Shown: piece by piece, positions 52,395 to 61,563 of the stretch
Layout: each line of letters starts with the position of its first letter
Position numbering within the stretch: position 1 is the first letter of the stretch
Source of the DNA: Candidatus Marinacidobacterales bacterium
GTDB taxonomy: Bacteria > Acidobacteriota > Vicinamibacteria > Marinacidobacterales > DATDRI01
Length of the DNA stretch: 64,000 nt
NCBI GenBank assembly: GCA_965219415.1
Contig: OZ244742.1
Location: forward strand, 1,248,001 to 1,312,000
Direction of reading: 5' to 3'
Made by a program: the position numbers and the translations under genes
The notes under the pieces: generated by a model
The model's input: the letters and a program-made list of their open reading frames with translations, nothing else
The model's database searches: none
Told to the model about the DNA's origin: nothing

Positions 52395-53582
52395 ATGCCC
52401 CAAACCCTGTTTACGCATTTGGAATGCGCTCGATGCCACCGAGAGCTCGATGGCGGGAAGCCGCAGCGGTTGTGCTCCTGCGGCTCTCCCCTGCTGGCGC
52501 GCTACGACCTCGACCAAGGCCGCCAGATCATCGGTGATCCTGGTGTGCTTCGGGACAGACGCCGCGACTTGTGGCGCTATGCAGAGATGCTACCGGTCCG
52601 CGACCCGAGGTTTCGCGCCGCCCTCGGCGAGGGAGGAACGCCGCTCACCTTGGCTTCTCGCCTGGGCGAACGGCTGGGCATGTCGCGTCTTTTCATCAAA
52701 GACGAGTCGCTGAACCCGACCGGGAGTTTCAAGGCACGCGGACTTTCTCTGGCGGTGTCGATGGCCAAACAGGTAGGAGTCAAGGAGCTCGCCATTCCGA
52801 CGGCCGGAAACGCTGGAGGAGCGCTCGCCGCTTACGCCGCTAGGATGGGACTCCCCGCCCACATCGTCATGCCTCGCGACGTTCCACGGGCCAACGCGGT
52901 GGAATGTGAAGCTTATGGTGCCGACGTCCGCTACGTTGAGGGATTGATCACCGACGCTGGACGGCTGGTCGGCGAGCTCTCGGAAGAGCACGGATGGTTC
53001 GACGTATCCACTCTCAAGGAGCCCTATCGGATCGAAGGCAAAAAGACCATGGGTTACGAGCTCTTCGAACAGCTCGAGAGACGACTCCCGGACGTCATCT
53101 TCTACCCTACCGGCGGCGGTACCGGCATGATCGGCATGTGGAAAGCCTTCGACGAGATGCAAGGTCTCGGTTGGATCGACGATCGCCGACCTCGGATGGT
53201 CACGGTCCAGTCCACCGGCTGCGCCCCTATCGTACGTGCCTTCGAAGAAGGAACGGAGACCGCCGAGATGTGGGAGAACGCACATACGATCGCTTCCGGT
53301 CTCCGTGTACCGAGAGCGATCGGTGACTTCCTCATTCTTCGCGCCATCAGGGAAAGTGACGGCACAGCCGTCGCGGTTTCCGACGAGGCCATCCGCGAAG
53401 CCGTGTCGTCCATTGCGGCGGAGGAGGGCATCTACGCCGCCCCCGAAGGAGCGGCTTGTCTCGTGGCGACGGAAAAGCTCCTAGAACAGGGCTGGCTCGA
53501 CCGAGAGGAGACGGTCGTGCTTTTCAACACCGGCTCGGGCTTGAAATATACCGAGGCGCTCTCCATCAAGTCCGCGATATAA
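52395..53582 (+). CDS. thrC: Threonine synthase-like PLP enzyme
   Basis: LGEGGTP, NPTGSFKARG, TAGNAG, EGKKTM and PTGGG. Confidence 0.85.
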   Translation: MPQTLFTHLECARCHRELDGGKPQRLCSCGSPLLARYDLDQGRQIIGDPGVLRDRRRDLWRYAEMLPVRDPRFRAALGEGGTPLTLASRLGERLGMSRLFIKDESLNPTGSFKARGLSLAVSMAKQVGVKELAIPTAGNAGGALAAYAARMGLPAHIVMPRDVPRANAVECEAYGADVRYVEGLITDAGRLVGELSEEHGWFDVSTLKEPYRIEGKKTMGYELFEQLERRLPDVIFYPTGGGTGMIGMWKAFDEMQGLGWIDDRRPRMVTVQSTGCAPIVRAFEEGTETAEMWENAHTIASGLRVPRAIGDFLILRAIRESDGTAVAVSDEAIREAVSSIAAEEGIYAAPEGAACLVATEKLLEQGWLDREETVVLFNTGSGLKYTEALSIKSAI

Positions 53583-54775
53583 CCAGGAAACTCTATCTCG
53601 ACGACCCTTACCAGCTTTCTTTCGATGGTCACATTGTGCAACGAGAGGAAACGTCGGACGGCTCCGCGGTGGTCTTGGAGGAGACATACTTCTATCCCGA
53701 GTCCGGAGGCCAACCGTACGATCTCGGAACCATCGACGGCATTTCGCTCCGTCGCGTGGAGGAGCGGGGTGAAGAAATTTTCCACCTCCTCGATCGGATG
53801 CCGGAGAAAGATCGCGTCCGTTGTGTCGTCGATGGAGCGCGGCGCCATGAGCACATGCAGCAACACAGCGGCCAGCATATTCTCTCCGCCGCCTTCATCA
53901 AAGAAGCAAACGCTCAGACTCTCTCGTTTCATCTCGGGAGCTCAACCAGTACCATCGACCTAGACGCGACGGCACTCGCTCCGGAATCCTTGTCCGCGGC
54001 AGAGCGCGAAGCGAACCGCGCGGTGCGCGAGGCAGCTCCCATCCGAAGCTTCTTCGTGAAGCCCAATGAAGCGTCGAAACTCAAGCTCCGCAAGGCGCCC
54101 GAGGTGGAAGGGATCCTTCGCATCGTGGAGGTCGAGGGTTTCGACATTCAGGCGTGCTGCGGCACCCACCCCAGAAACGCCTCCGAAGTCGGTCCCATCC
54201 TGCTCCGGAGGGCAGAGCGGTTCAAGAAAGGGATGCGGGTGGAGTTTGTTTGCGGCGACCGGGCGCTAAGAGACTACCGGGTCACGGTCGAGAAACTCCG
54301 TGCGCTCTCCCAGCTGTTCGCTGCTTCTGAGGAGAAGTTGTTAGAAGCGGCGGAAAAACTCTCCGAAGAGAAAAACAACCTTCGCAAGACTCTTCAATCG
54401 CTGCGGGAGGAACTGGTCCAACACCGGGCGCTTCGTATGGCCGAGGAGTCACCGGCGGTGGATGCGATCACGGTCGTCGTGCAGCGCGTGGACGATGTGA
54501 CGCCCGCGGAATTGAGGCTCCTCGCCAACCATGTCGTCAAGGAGACCGGACGCATCGCGTGCCTGGGATGCGTCGCGGAGGAGCGTGCCCATTTGGTCTT
54601 CGGCCGCTCCAAGGAGCTAACCGTCGACATGGCCGCCTTGCTTCGCGAGTGCCTCGGCCCAGTAGAAGGCAAAGGAGGCTGCTCCCCTCAGATGGCCCAG
54701 GGCGGTGGCCCCAAGACTTCAGATCTGGATGACGCGCTCGCAATCGCCCGGCAATCTCTCGAGAAACAACTTTAG
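53579..54775 (+). CDS. AlaX-type tRNA editing protein with DHHA1 domain
   Basis: TRKLYLDDPY, FYPESGGQP, MQQHSGQH, ACCGTH and GKGG..QGGG. The natural start position reads ATA. Confidence 0.85.
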   Translation: MTRKLYLDDPYQLSFDGHIVQREETSDGSAVVLEETYFYPESGGQPYDLGTIDGISLRRVEERGEEIFHLLDRMPEKDRVRCVVDGARRHEHMQQHSGQHILSAAFIKEANAQTLSFHLGSSTSTIDLDATALAPESLSAAEREANRAVREAAPIRSFFVKPNEASKLKLRKAPEVEGILRIVEVEGFDIQACCGTHPRNASEVGPILLRRAERFKKGMRVEFVCGDRALRDYRVTVEKLRALSQLFAASEEKLLEAAEKLSEEKNNLRKTLQSLREELVQHRALRMAEESPAVDAITVVVQRVDDVTPAELRLLANHVVKETGRIACLGCVAEERAHLVFGRSKELTVDMAALLRECLGPVEGKGGCSPQMAQGGGPKTSDLDDALAIARQSLEKQL

Positions 54776-56208
54776 GCCCGCCGCTTCACGCCCCGCTCGC
54801 GCGAGTTCCTCTCGAATTTGTACCAAGACTTGTCTCCCCGAACGAATTCGATAATACCCTGCCAACGAGCCAGGAGAATGAGCGGCCTGTAGACTAGGAA
54901 CTCGATCGAGCCGAGAAGAACGAGCTCCCCCAGAGAGCTCAAGCTATAGCTACGGGAGCCGATATCCTGTAACAACACTCCGGCATTGGTGAGAATCCCG
55001 TTGGCGAACACCTGTGCACCCAAGAAGAGAAAGAACCCCGGCCACCCGATGACACCCAACCACCAAGCGAGCCCGACCACCAACAAACTCAAGAATTCCA
55101 TGAAAGGGGCCAGGCCTTCGTAAAACACGTAGTACGGCATCCCGAGCAGCCCAACTGCGCCGTAGCGAGGGTTAGCGAACAAGCGCCGGTACGCCCAGAT
55201 GGCCTCCAAGATCGTCCTCTGCCACCTCGCGCGCTGTGAGATCAAAGGACCCACTCGAGTCGGACCCTCCGACGCACCCACGATGTCCGGCATGCAAAGG
55301 ACCTGGTACGGCTTCTTGGAATGGAGGAAGTGCCTGTGAACCCGGAAGGTAAACTCCAGATCCTCGCACGTGAAGTCGGGTGAGAACCCACCCAGTTCCT
55401 GGACCACGTCCCTCCTCCAAACCGAGAAGACACACGCCACGCAGAGCATGATCTTCAATCGGCTCCAGGCAAGACGGTTGTTGAGGAAGGAACGGAGGAA
55501 ATCTAGGTATTGGAAATCGACCAACGGTCTCCTGTCGATCACCATCTGCCCAGAGCCATTCATGAGGCGCGCCTCTGGCTGGCTGCCTACCGCCACCGGG
55601 CTGGTGATCCCAATGACTCGCGCGGGATCCTTCTGCGCCAACCGCATGGTCTTGAGCAAAGCGTCCGGGGCATAGAACGTGTCGGCGTCAACGCAGCACA
55701 CATAACGATAGCGGGACAAGTTGACGCCGCAATTCATGGCATCGGCCTTGCCTACGTTCTCCTTGTCTACGACAACGAGCCGGGGCTCTTTCTTGCTGCG
55801 GTAGATGCTACGTATTTCCCGGCACGGCAAAACTCTCCGAAAAAAAACCTGGCGCAGCTCCAGCTCGAACTCTTCCTTCAGCAGATCCAACGTTCGATCC
55901 GTCGAACCGTCGTTGACCACAACGACTTCGTGCTCCGGATACTCCAATTCCAAGAGCGAACGGACGGCCGCCAGAATGATCACCTCCTCGTTGTAGGCGG
56001 GGGCGATGACGCTCACCGGGATCGTGAATCGGGACGCCGCAATGACATCGAAGTCTTCGGCTCTTTCTTCCCGGTTCCGAATCAACGCTTGCACGCCGGC
56101 GACCAGCGCCAAAGACAAGTACAGGAGTGTCGCCCCAACGAGGTAAACCAGACAGCCGAGATAGCCCCAGTAGACCAACGCCACCAACGATGCCGGAGGG
56201 GGCATCAT
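54772..56208 (-). CDS. Processive GT2 glycosyltransferase
   Basis: PAYNEE, VNDGSTD, GKADAMN, VDADT, EDLE and QRARW motifs with flanking TMs. Confidence 0.9.
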   Translation of the reverse strand: MMPPPASLVALVYWGYLGCLVYLVGATLLYLSLALVAGVQALIRNREERAEDFDVIAASRFTIPVSVIAPAYNEEVIILAAVRSLLELEYPEHEVVVVNDGSTDRTLDLLKEEFELELRQVFFRRVLPCREIRSIYRSKKEPRLVVVDKENVGKADAMNCGVNLSRYRYVCCVDADTFYAPDALLKTMRLAQKDPARVIGITSPVAVGSQPEARLMNGSGQMVIDRRPLVDFQYLDFLRSFLNNRLAWSRLKIMLCVACVFSVWRRDVVQELGGFSPDFTCEDLEFTFRVHRHFLHSKKPYQVLCMPDIVGASEGPTRVGPLISQRARWQRTILEAIWAYRRLFANPRYGAVGLLGMPYYVFYEGLAPFMEFLSLLVVGLAWWLGVIGWPGFFLFLGAQVFANGILTNAGVLLQDIGSRSYSLSSLGELVLLGSIEFLVYRPLILLARWQGIIEFVRGDKSWYKFERNSRERGVKRRA

Positions 56209-57437
56209 TTCGGAGGGCCCCCCGCCTCCTCGAGCCCCAGCTCCTCGAGTAGCTCGGCCAAGCCGGGAAGCTCGCGATTACGCCAAGCCACAAACTGGAC
56301 GAGACGTGCCCCTCCGGCGGAGAAAGCCTTGCGGAGGGCCTCTCGGGTGGTCTCGTCTTTGTCACCGCGAGCGGCGCGCTCGACCGCCTCCTCCAACCAG
56401 CCTCCGTTTTGCAAGACTTCGGCGGCGCCATTGCGGGCAAAGCGGTCATCATGGTCCAGTAGCGCTACGACGCTTTCCCAGGCTCCTTCTCCCATCGCCA
56501 GAAGAGATTCCTTCGCAGCCATGCGGACCCACCACTCCCGATCGCTGAGCAATGGAACAACGTGTCCGGCAAGGTCTTGGCGCCCCAGATCCCCGAGAGC
56601 ACGAGCCGCGTGTGCTTTCACGTACCAAATGGGATCATCGAGAAGCTTCAACGCCGCCGATGCCGCGGCAGGTCCGCCGATAAGCCCTAAACTTTCGACC
56701 GCCGCTTTCCTCACTAGCGGTTCCGCATCCTCGGCCAGCTCGTCGAGCTTGCCCCCCAGCCAGGTCGTCTCCGGGTAGCGTGAAAGAAGAGTCGCGGCCC
56801 AAAAACGAGCCGGCGGCGACGGCGAGCCGAGCAGCGGAAGAAGTTGGTCGGGGATCGGAACCGGGAAGCCATCTAGGTGGGCCGCGATACGCGATGGCGG
56901 GTAGAGCTCGCGTGAAAGAGCGTCAACAAGAAGCTTGGCCGCCTCATGGATTCCCATGTCCCCGAGGATAACCACGGCGGCGCCAACCACATCCTGATCT
57001 CGATCGATGAGCGCCCGCTCGAGCAGCGGCAGAATGTCTTCGTAAGCAATGTGAAAGAGTATGCGAAGCGCGGTCACTCGTTTCCATTTCCCGTACTCGC
57101 GACGATGCGAGCTCGCGTACGCGAGCCAGGTAGTAACGCCCCATTTGTTTACCAAGTAGGTCGAAAACGCTTCAGCAACCCACCGCGAGGACGCCGCGTC
57201 GGCAGGCACTCTTTCCAACGTTCTTCGTGGGAGCCGGCTAAGGCGCCGCTCCATCCACCTCCCGCGCTCCTCGGATGACGCCTCGCGACCGATATCCGCC
57301 AACCACTCCCGAGCCCGGCGCACCCGCCGACGCCAATCGTAGACGGAACGACTAATTAAGATGTATGCCAAGGACGCCAACCAAAGGAAGGCGACGACGA
57401 CGAACAAGGGAAGAAGAAACGAATCGAACTCTTTCAA
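56205..57437 (-). CDS. Membrane-anchored HEAT-repeat protein
   Basis: N-terminal TM; repeats such as DAEPLVRKAAVESLG, DPIWYVKAHAARALG and DREWWVRMAAKESL. Confidence 0.85.
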   Translation of the reverse strand: MKEFDSFLLPLFVVVAFLWLASLAYILISRSVYDWRRRVRRAREWLADIGREASSEERGRWMERRLSRLPRRTLERVPADAASSRWVAEAFSTYLVNKWGVTTWLAYASSHRREYGKWKRVTALRILFHIAYEDILPLLERALIDRDQDVVGAAVVILGDMGIHEAAKLLVDALSRELYPPSRIAAHLDGFPVPIPDQLLPLLGSPSPPARFWAATLLSRYPETTWLGGKLDELAEDAEPLVRKAAVESLGLIGGPAAASAALKLLDDPIWYVKAHAARALGDLGRQDLAGHVVPLLSDREWWVRMAAKESLLAMGEGAWESVVALLDHDDRFARNGAAEVLQNGGWLEEAVERAARGDKDETTREALRKAFSAGGARLVQFVAWRNRELPGLAELLEELGLEEAGGPPK

Positions 57438-58260
57438 AAGGATCTCCGGTAATTCAGAGACCCAAGCTCCGCCTATCGAAGGAGGGCTCCTCGTGGGCGA
57501 CGTCGAGCACGATCCCTACCTGATCTTTGGGCGTGATACCGAAGCGCAAGTCGACGAAGGTCAGCCACCCCTCCGCCAGCTCATTGACCAGCGAAGTGAC
57601 GTCGAAGATACGCTCCCCGGCTGCGACTCCCCCTGAAAGGCGAAAACGAGGTGCGACATACCAAAGTCCTCGAAGCAGGTAGGAGGCTCGAATTCACGTC
57701 GAGCGCTTGGTTGCGTACCAAGTTGACCTGCCCACCAACCTCGCCCTTCGCGAAGTAGTAAGTGGCGCCCGGCGAGACGATGCGAACCTCGGTAGAACTG
57801 AAGTTCACGTATCGATAGGCCACGGTGCCGACCAAACCCCCCGCCAGCCGACGTGAGAGCGCCCCCTCGGCCATGTATCGAAAGTAGAATTCTGGGTCGG
57901 CGGTGAACCCTGCCCGACCATTGATGGCCCAGTCTCCAAAACGCTTATAGGCGGCACCGATGAACACGTGATCGACGAGCCGATCCCGCCGCTGCACTTC
58001 GAAGGCAATGTAAAAGCCGCCGGTGGTCGGGTTCTGATAGGTGAGCTGGGCGCGGTCGGTGCCCCAAGTCACGTCACGCTCACCGATGGAAACATCGGAA
58101 CGGGCGGCTCCGATTTGGAAAGACCAGAACTCGCCCTGCGCGAGTGTCTCTGGCGGGAGAAGTAAGAGGGCGACGGCTAGCGCCGAGGCAAACGCCCCCC
58201 GGCGGGCAATCCTAGCCGGCCTAGCCGGGAAGCCGCGGGCTTTCGTCCGCGTGATCACCA
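57434..58260 (-). CDS. YaiO-family outer-membrane beta-barrel (frameshifts near 57685 and 57455)
   Basis: Signal peptide and alternating beta strands (VAYRYVNF, VSPGATYYF). The shifted frame continues YLLRGLWY...GERIFD toward NYRRSF. It precedes HEAT and GT2. Confidence 0.6.
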
Positions 58261-58505
58261 GACGTACTCTTGACTCCGAACATCTACACCCATCACCCCT
58301 CGACACCCCCACCCTTTACGAGGATCTCGGTCTCCCGGGCTCCGGCACACAACTGGCCGGGAGACGACGCACTCGTCGGACTTGGTTGGGTGAACAAAGC
58401 TTATACCATGGCACTCGTTCTAAGAAACCACGGAGCCCGGGAGCTCCGGCCCCGGAGGCATCAGTTTTTTGGTACATTAGCGGCGACGTCGAGGAAGAGG
58501 ATCTT

Positions 58506-59561
58506 ATGCGGATCTTATTAAAGGGTTGGGCTACGTTGCTACTAACGGCAATCTGCGTGGCGGGGTGCGCCCAAACCGAACCAGAAGGCACCGGTGCGAC
58601 GCCCTCCGGGGAGAGGAAGTTCCTGAGCATAGGTACCGCCCCTCCCGGGGGAGCGTTCTTCGTGGTCGGCGGCGCGATCGCCGAGGTGCTCAACCAACAT
58701 AGCGGTGCGAACAAATGGGATGTGACCGCGGAGGCTACGAAAGGATCGCAAGAGAACATCCGTCGACTCGCAAGCGGTGAGCTCGAACTCGGCTTGGCCA
58801 ACTCAGCCATTACGTACTTCGCCGTCCGCGGCGAAGGGGGCTGGGAAAAAGGCTACGAGATGCGCACGGTGATGACTCTCGCTTCCAACGTCGCCCTGTT
58901 TGTTGCTCCTGCCGACTCCGGAGTCCGCGAGATTACCGACTTCAAGGGAAAGCGGATCGTCGTCGGCGTTGCGGGGGCTGGCTTCGAATACTTCGTAGGA
59001 CCTTTGCTGGCAGCTCACGGTGTGACCTATGAGGACTTCAAGCCACTCCACAACACCCAGCTAGGCGCAGTCGACATGCTTAGCGACGGCGCAGCAGCGG
59101 CAGCCTTCCTCGGTGGCGCGGTGCCCACCGCCTCCATCACTCAAGCCTCCACGTCTCGGGACGTCCTGTTCGTTCCATACTCGGACGAAGCGAAAACCCA
59201 GCTTGTCCGAACGTATCCATTCTTCCGCCCGGCCACGATTCCGGCCGGCACCTACCCCGGCCAGAACGAAGACTTCGACGGCCTGGACGTTGGTTCCATG
59301 CATTTGATCACGAGCTCTGCCGCGGACGCGGAGTTGGTCTACCAGCTCACGCGCACGATTTATGAGAATCGAGACGGGGTTACCGAAAGGCACGCCGCCG
59401 GCCGGGCCATTACTCGCGCGAACGTGATTCGCGACACAGGAACGCCCTTTCACGCGGGAGCGGTCAGGTACTACGAGGAGATCGGCATCTGGACCGCAAG
59501 GCCTGCAAGACCTGCAAGGAACGACAACGCGGGCGCCGTTCAGAACTCCGAAAACCCCTAA
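58506..59561 (+). CDS. TAXI-family TRAP solute-binding lipoprotein
   Basis: Lipobox VAGC, SIGTAPPGGAFF, ATKGSQENI and PFHAGAVRYYEE. Confidence 0.9.
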   Translation: MRILLKGWATLLLTAICVAGCAQTEPEGTGATPSGERKFLSIGTAPPGGAFFVVGGAIAEVLNQHSGANKWDVTAEATKGSQENIRRLASGELELGLANSAITYFAVRGEGGWEKGYEMRTVMTLASNVALFVAPADSGVREITDFKGKRIVVGVAGAGFEYFVGPLLAAHGVTYEDFKPLHNTQLGAVDMLSDGAAAAAFLGGAVPTASITQASTSRDVLFVPYSDEAKTQLVRTYPFFRPATIPAGTYPGQNEDFDGLDVGSMHLITSSAADAELVYQLTRTIYENRDGVTERHAAGRAITRANVIRDTGTPFHAGAVRYYEEIGIWTARPARPARNDNAGAVQNSENP

Positions 59562-59572
59562 ACCACCCCCTC

Positions 59573-61528
59573 ATGTCGAGCCGGGCACGCGAAACGAGCA
59601 TGAGTGTGCTCGCGATCCTCCTCTCCGTTTTCACTCTGGTGGAAGTAAACTATCCCCTGCTCTCCCCGCAGTCGCAGTTAGCGATCTTCGCGATGCTGGG
59701 GATCATCTGGGGTTTCCTGGCGTCTCCGATGAGCCGGCGTTCAAGAGGCACTCGGATTTCGACGGCAGTCGACATCCTGGTCTCTATCGCCACCGCGGTC
59801 ACCTGCCTCTACATCGTTGTGCAAACGGAACCCTGGCTCCAGTCCTTCTGGTTGGACGGGCGCTCCCTGGGTAATCGTGCCGGAGCCGAGACCGCTGCCG
59901 ACTTCTTTATCGGGGCCGTCGGCATCCTGCTGGTACTCGAGGCGACACGACGCTCGATCGGTCTCGCCCTGCCGCTGCTGGCCACGCTCTTCTTGGTGTA
60001 CGCGTACTTTCGAGCCTATTTCCCGGACTGGCTCTTCCCTCAACGCGGCTACTCAGTGGAGCGAATCGTCGCTCAGACGTTCCTTCACGACCTCGGAGTC
60101 TTCGGCACCGCGCTCAAGGTGATGTTCACATATGTCTTTCTCTTCGTTCTCTTCGGCGCCCTGCTCGAGGTGACCGGAGCGACACAGTTCATCATTGATT
60201 ACGCGCAAAGGATCTTTCGCGGCTCCCGGGGAGGCGCGGCCAAGGTCGCGGTCCTCAGCAGCGGATTGATGGGCTCGCTCTCTGGCAGTGCAGTCGCGAA
60301 CGCGGCGACGACCGGAACTTTCACCATTCCCCTCATGCGAAGCGCCGGCTTCCGGCCCCACATCGCTGCCGGAGTGACCGCCGCGGCGAGCTCGGGCGGT
60401 GCACTCGTTCCTCCGGTCATGGGAGCCGGTGCTTACATGATGCTCGAGATCATCGATCCTCCGGTGACTTACCTCGAGATCATTCGGGCCGCGGTGATAC
60501 CGGCGTTTCTTTTTTATTTGGCGCTCTTTCTCATCGTCCATTTCTACGCACGGCGGGTTGGCACGACCGAACCAGTAGACGTATCTTCCGGTGGAGGTAA
60601 TAGCAATCGATTCGAGGGCTTCGTCTTCGTCAGCGCGCTGGGGTCTTTGATCTCTTTCTTGCTCGCCGGCTACACCGTCTTTCGCGCCGTCACTCTTGCC
60701 CTGGTGGTGGTCTTCATCACCAGCTTCTTCCATCCCCGCACACGGATCGGCCTCAGGCGCGCCGCCGACGCGATGGGGAAAGCTGCTCGCGGGGGCATTT
60801 CGTTGATCGCCGCTTCTGCCTGCGTCGGAATCATTCTCGGCGTGGTGACACTCACTGGCATCGGCACCAAGTTCCCATCCATGATCTTGCAGATGGCTGG
60901 CGACAACCTCCCCCTCGCGTTGGTGTTGATCATGATCGGCTCCATCGTCCTGGGAATGGGCCTACCTTCAGCCGTCTGTTATCTGCTCATGGCGACCCTC
61001 ATCGGATCCGTCCTCAACCAGTTGGAAGTGGTGCCCCTCGCATCGCACCTCTTCATCTTTTATTTCGGAATGATGTCGATGGTGACGCCGCCAGTCGCGC
61101 TGGCGGCCTATACCACCGCCTCCATTGCTGGCAGCGGGATCATGCGGACCGCGTTCGCGGCCTTCCGGTTCGCTCTCGTCGGCTTCACGCTTCCCTTCAT
61201 GTTCGTGTTTCGGCCGGAGCTTTTGTTCATGACACCGAGCGGCGACACCCCGGGATTGACTAGTGTCGGGATCGCGGTAACGATGGCGATTCTGGGAATC
61301 GTCCCTCTCGCCGCCGGTATCGCCGGCTACCTTTGGACGCCTCTTTCCATAGCCGTGCGCGGCTGCTTGCTACTGGCATCGGCACTCCTTCTCTACCCCG
61401 GTCAAGACGATTTCTTGAGGTTGGGAATTTCGTTGGTGAACCTCATTGGCGCGACCCTACTGGGTATACTCGTTTTCACACAGTGGGCCCGAAGGCCGCA
61501 GCCCGGTCGAGCCGACGAGAATGGCTAG
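59573..61528 (+). CDS. TRAP transporter fused 4TM/12TM permease
   Basis: EATRR, GGAAKVAV, SGSAVAN, PPVMGAGA, LGMGLP and VTPPVALAA. Confidence 0.92.
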   Translation: MSSRARETSMSVLAILLSVFTLVEVNYPLLSPQSQLAIFAMLGIIWGFLASPMSRRSRGTRISTAVDILVSIATAVTCLYIVVQTEPWLQSFWLDGRSLGNRAGAETAADFFIGAVGILLVLEATRRSIGLALPLLATLFLVYAYFRAYFPDWLFPQRGYSVERIVAQTFLHDLGVFGTALKVMFTYVFLFVLFGALLEVTGATQFIIDYAQRIFRGSRGGAAKVAVLSSGLMGSLSGSAVANAATTGTFTIPLMRSAGFRPHIAAGVTAAASSGGALVPPVMGAGAYMMLEIIDPPVTYLEIIRAAVIPAFLFYLALFLIVHFYARRVGTTEPVDVSSGGGNSNRFEGFVFVSALGSLISFLLAGYTVFRAVTLALVVVFITSFFHPRTRIGLRRAADAMGKAARGGISLIAASACVGIILGVVTLTGIGTKFPSMILQMAGDNLPLALVLIMIGSIVLGMGLPSAVCYLLMATLIGSVLNQLEVVPLASHLFIFYFGMMSMVTPPVALAAYTTASIAGSGIMRTAFAAFRFALVGFTLPFMFVFRPELLFMTPSGDTPGLTSVGIAVTMAILGIVPLAAGIAGYLWTPLSIAVRGCLLLASALLLYPGQDDFLRLGISLVNLIGATLLGILVFTQWARRPQPGRADENG

Positions 61529-61563
61529 AATAGGGCCAGCAAACTGAGGAGCCGGTAAAGGTA

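Noticed and set aside
55510-56778. Long antisense or alternative-frame ORFs (55510-56778, 14919-15719, 30464-31351, 41601-42413 and similar)
   Set aside because: They are shadows of well-supported genes in GC-rich DNA and show no recognisable motifs.
58041-58505. N-terminal ORF extensions (TAXI from 58041, rpsB from 47738, folD from 35090, alaX from 53456, TPR from 40263)
   Set aside because: They overlap neighbouring genes or intergenic DNA. Family-typical starts lie downstream.
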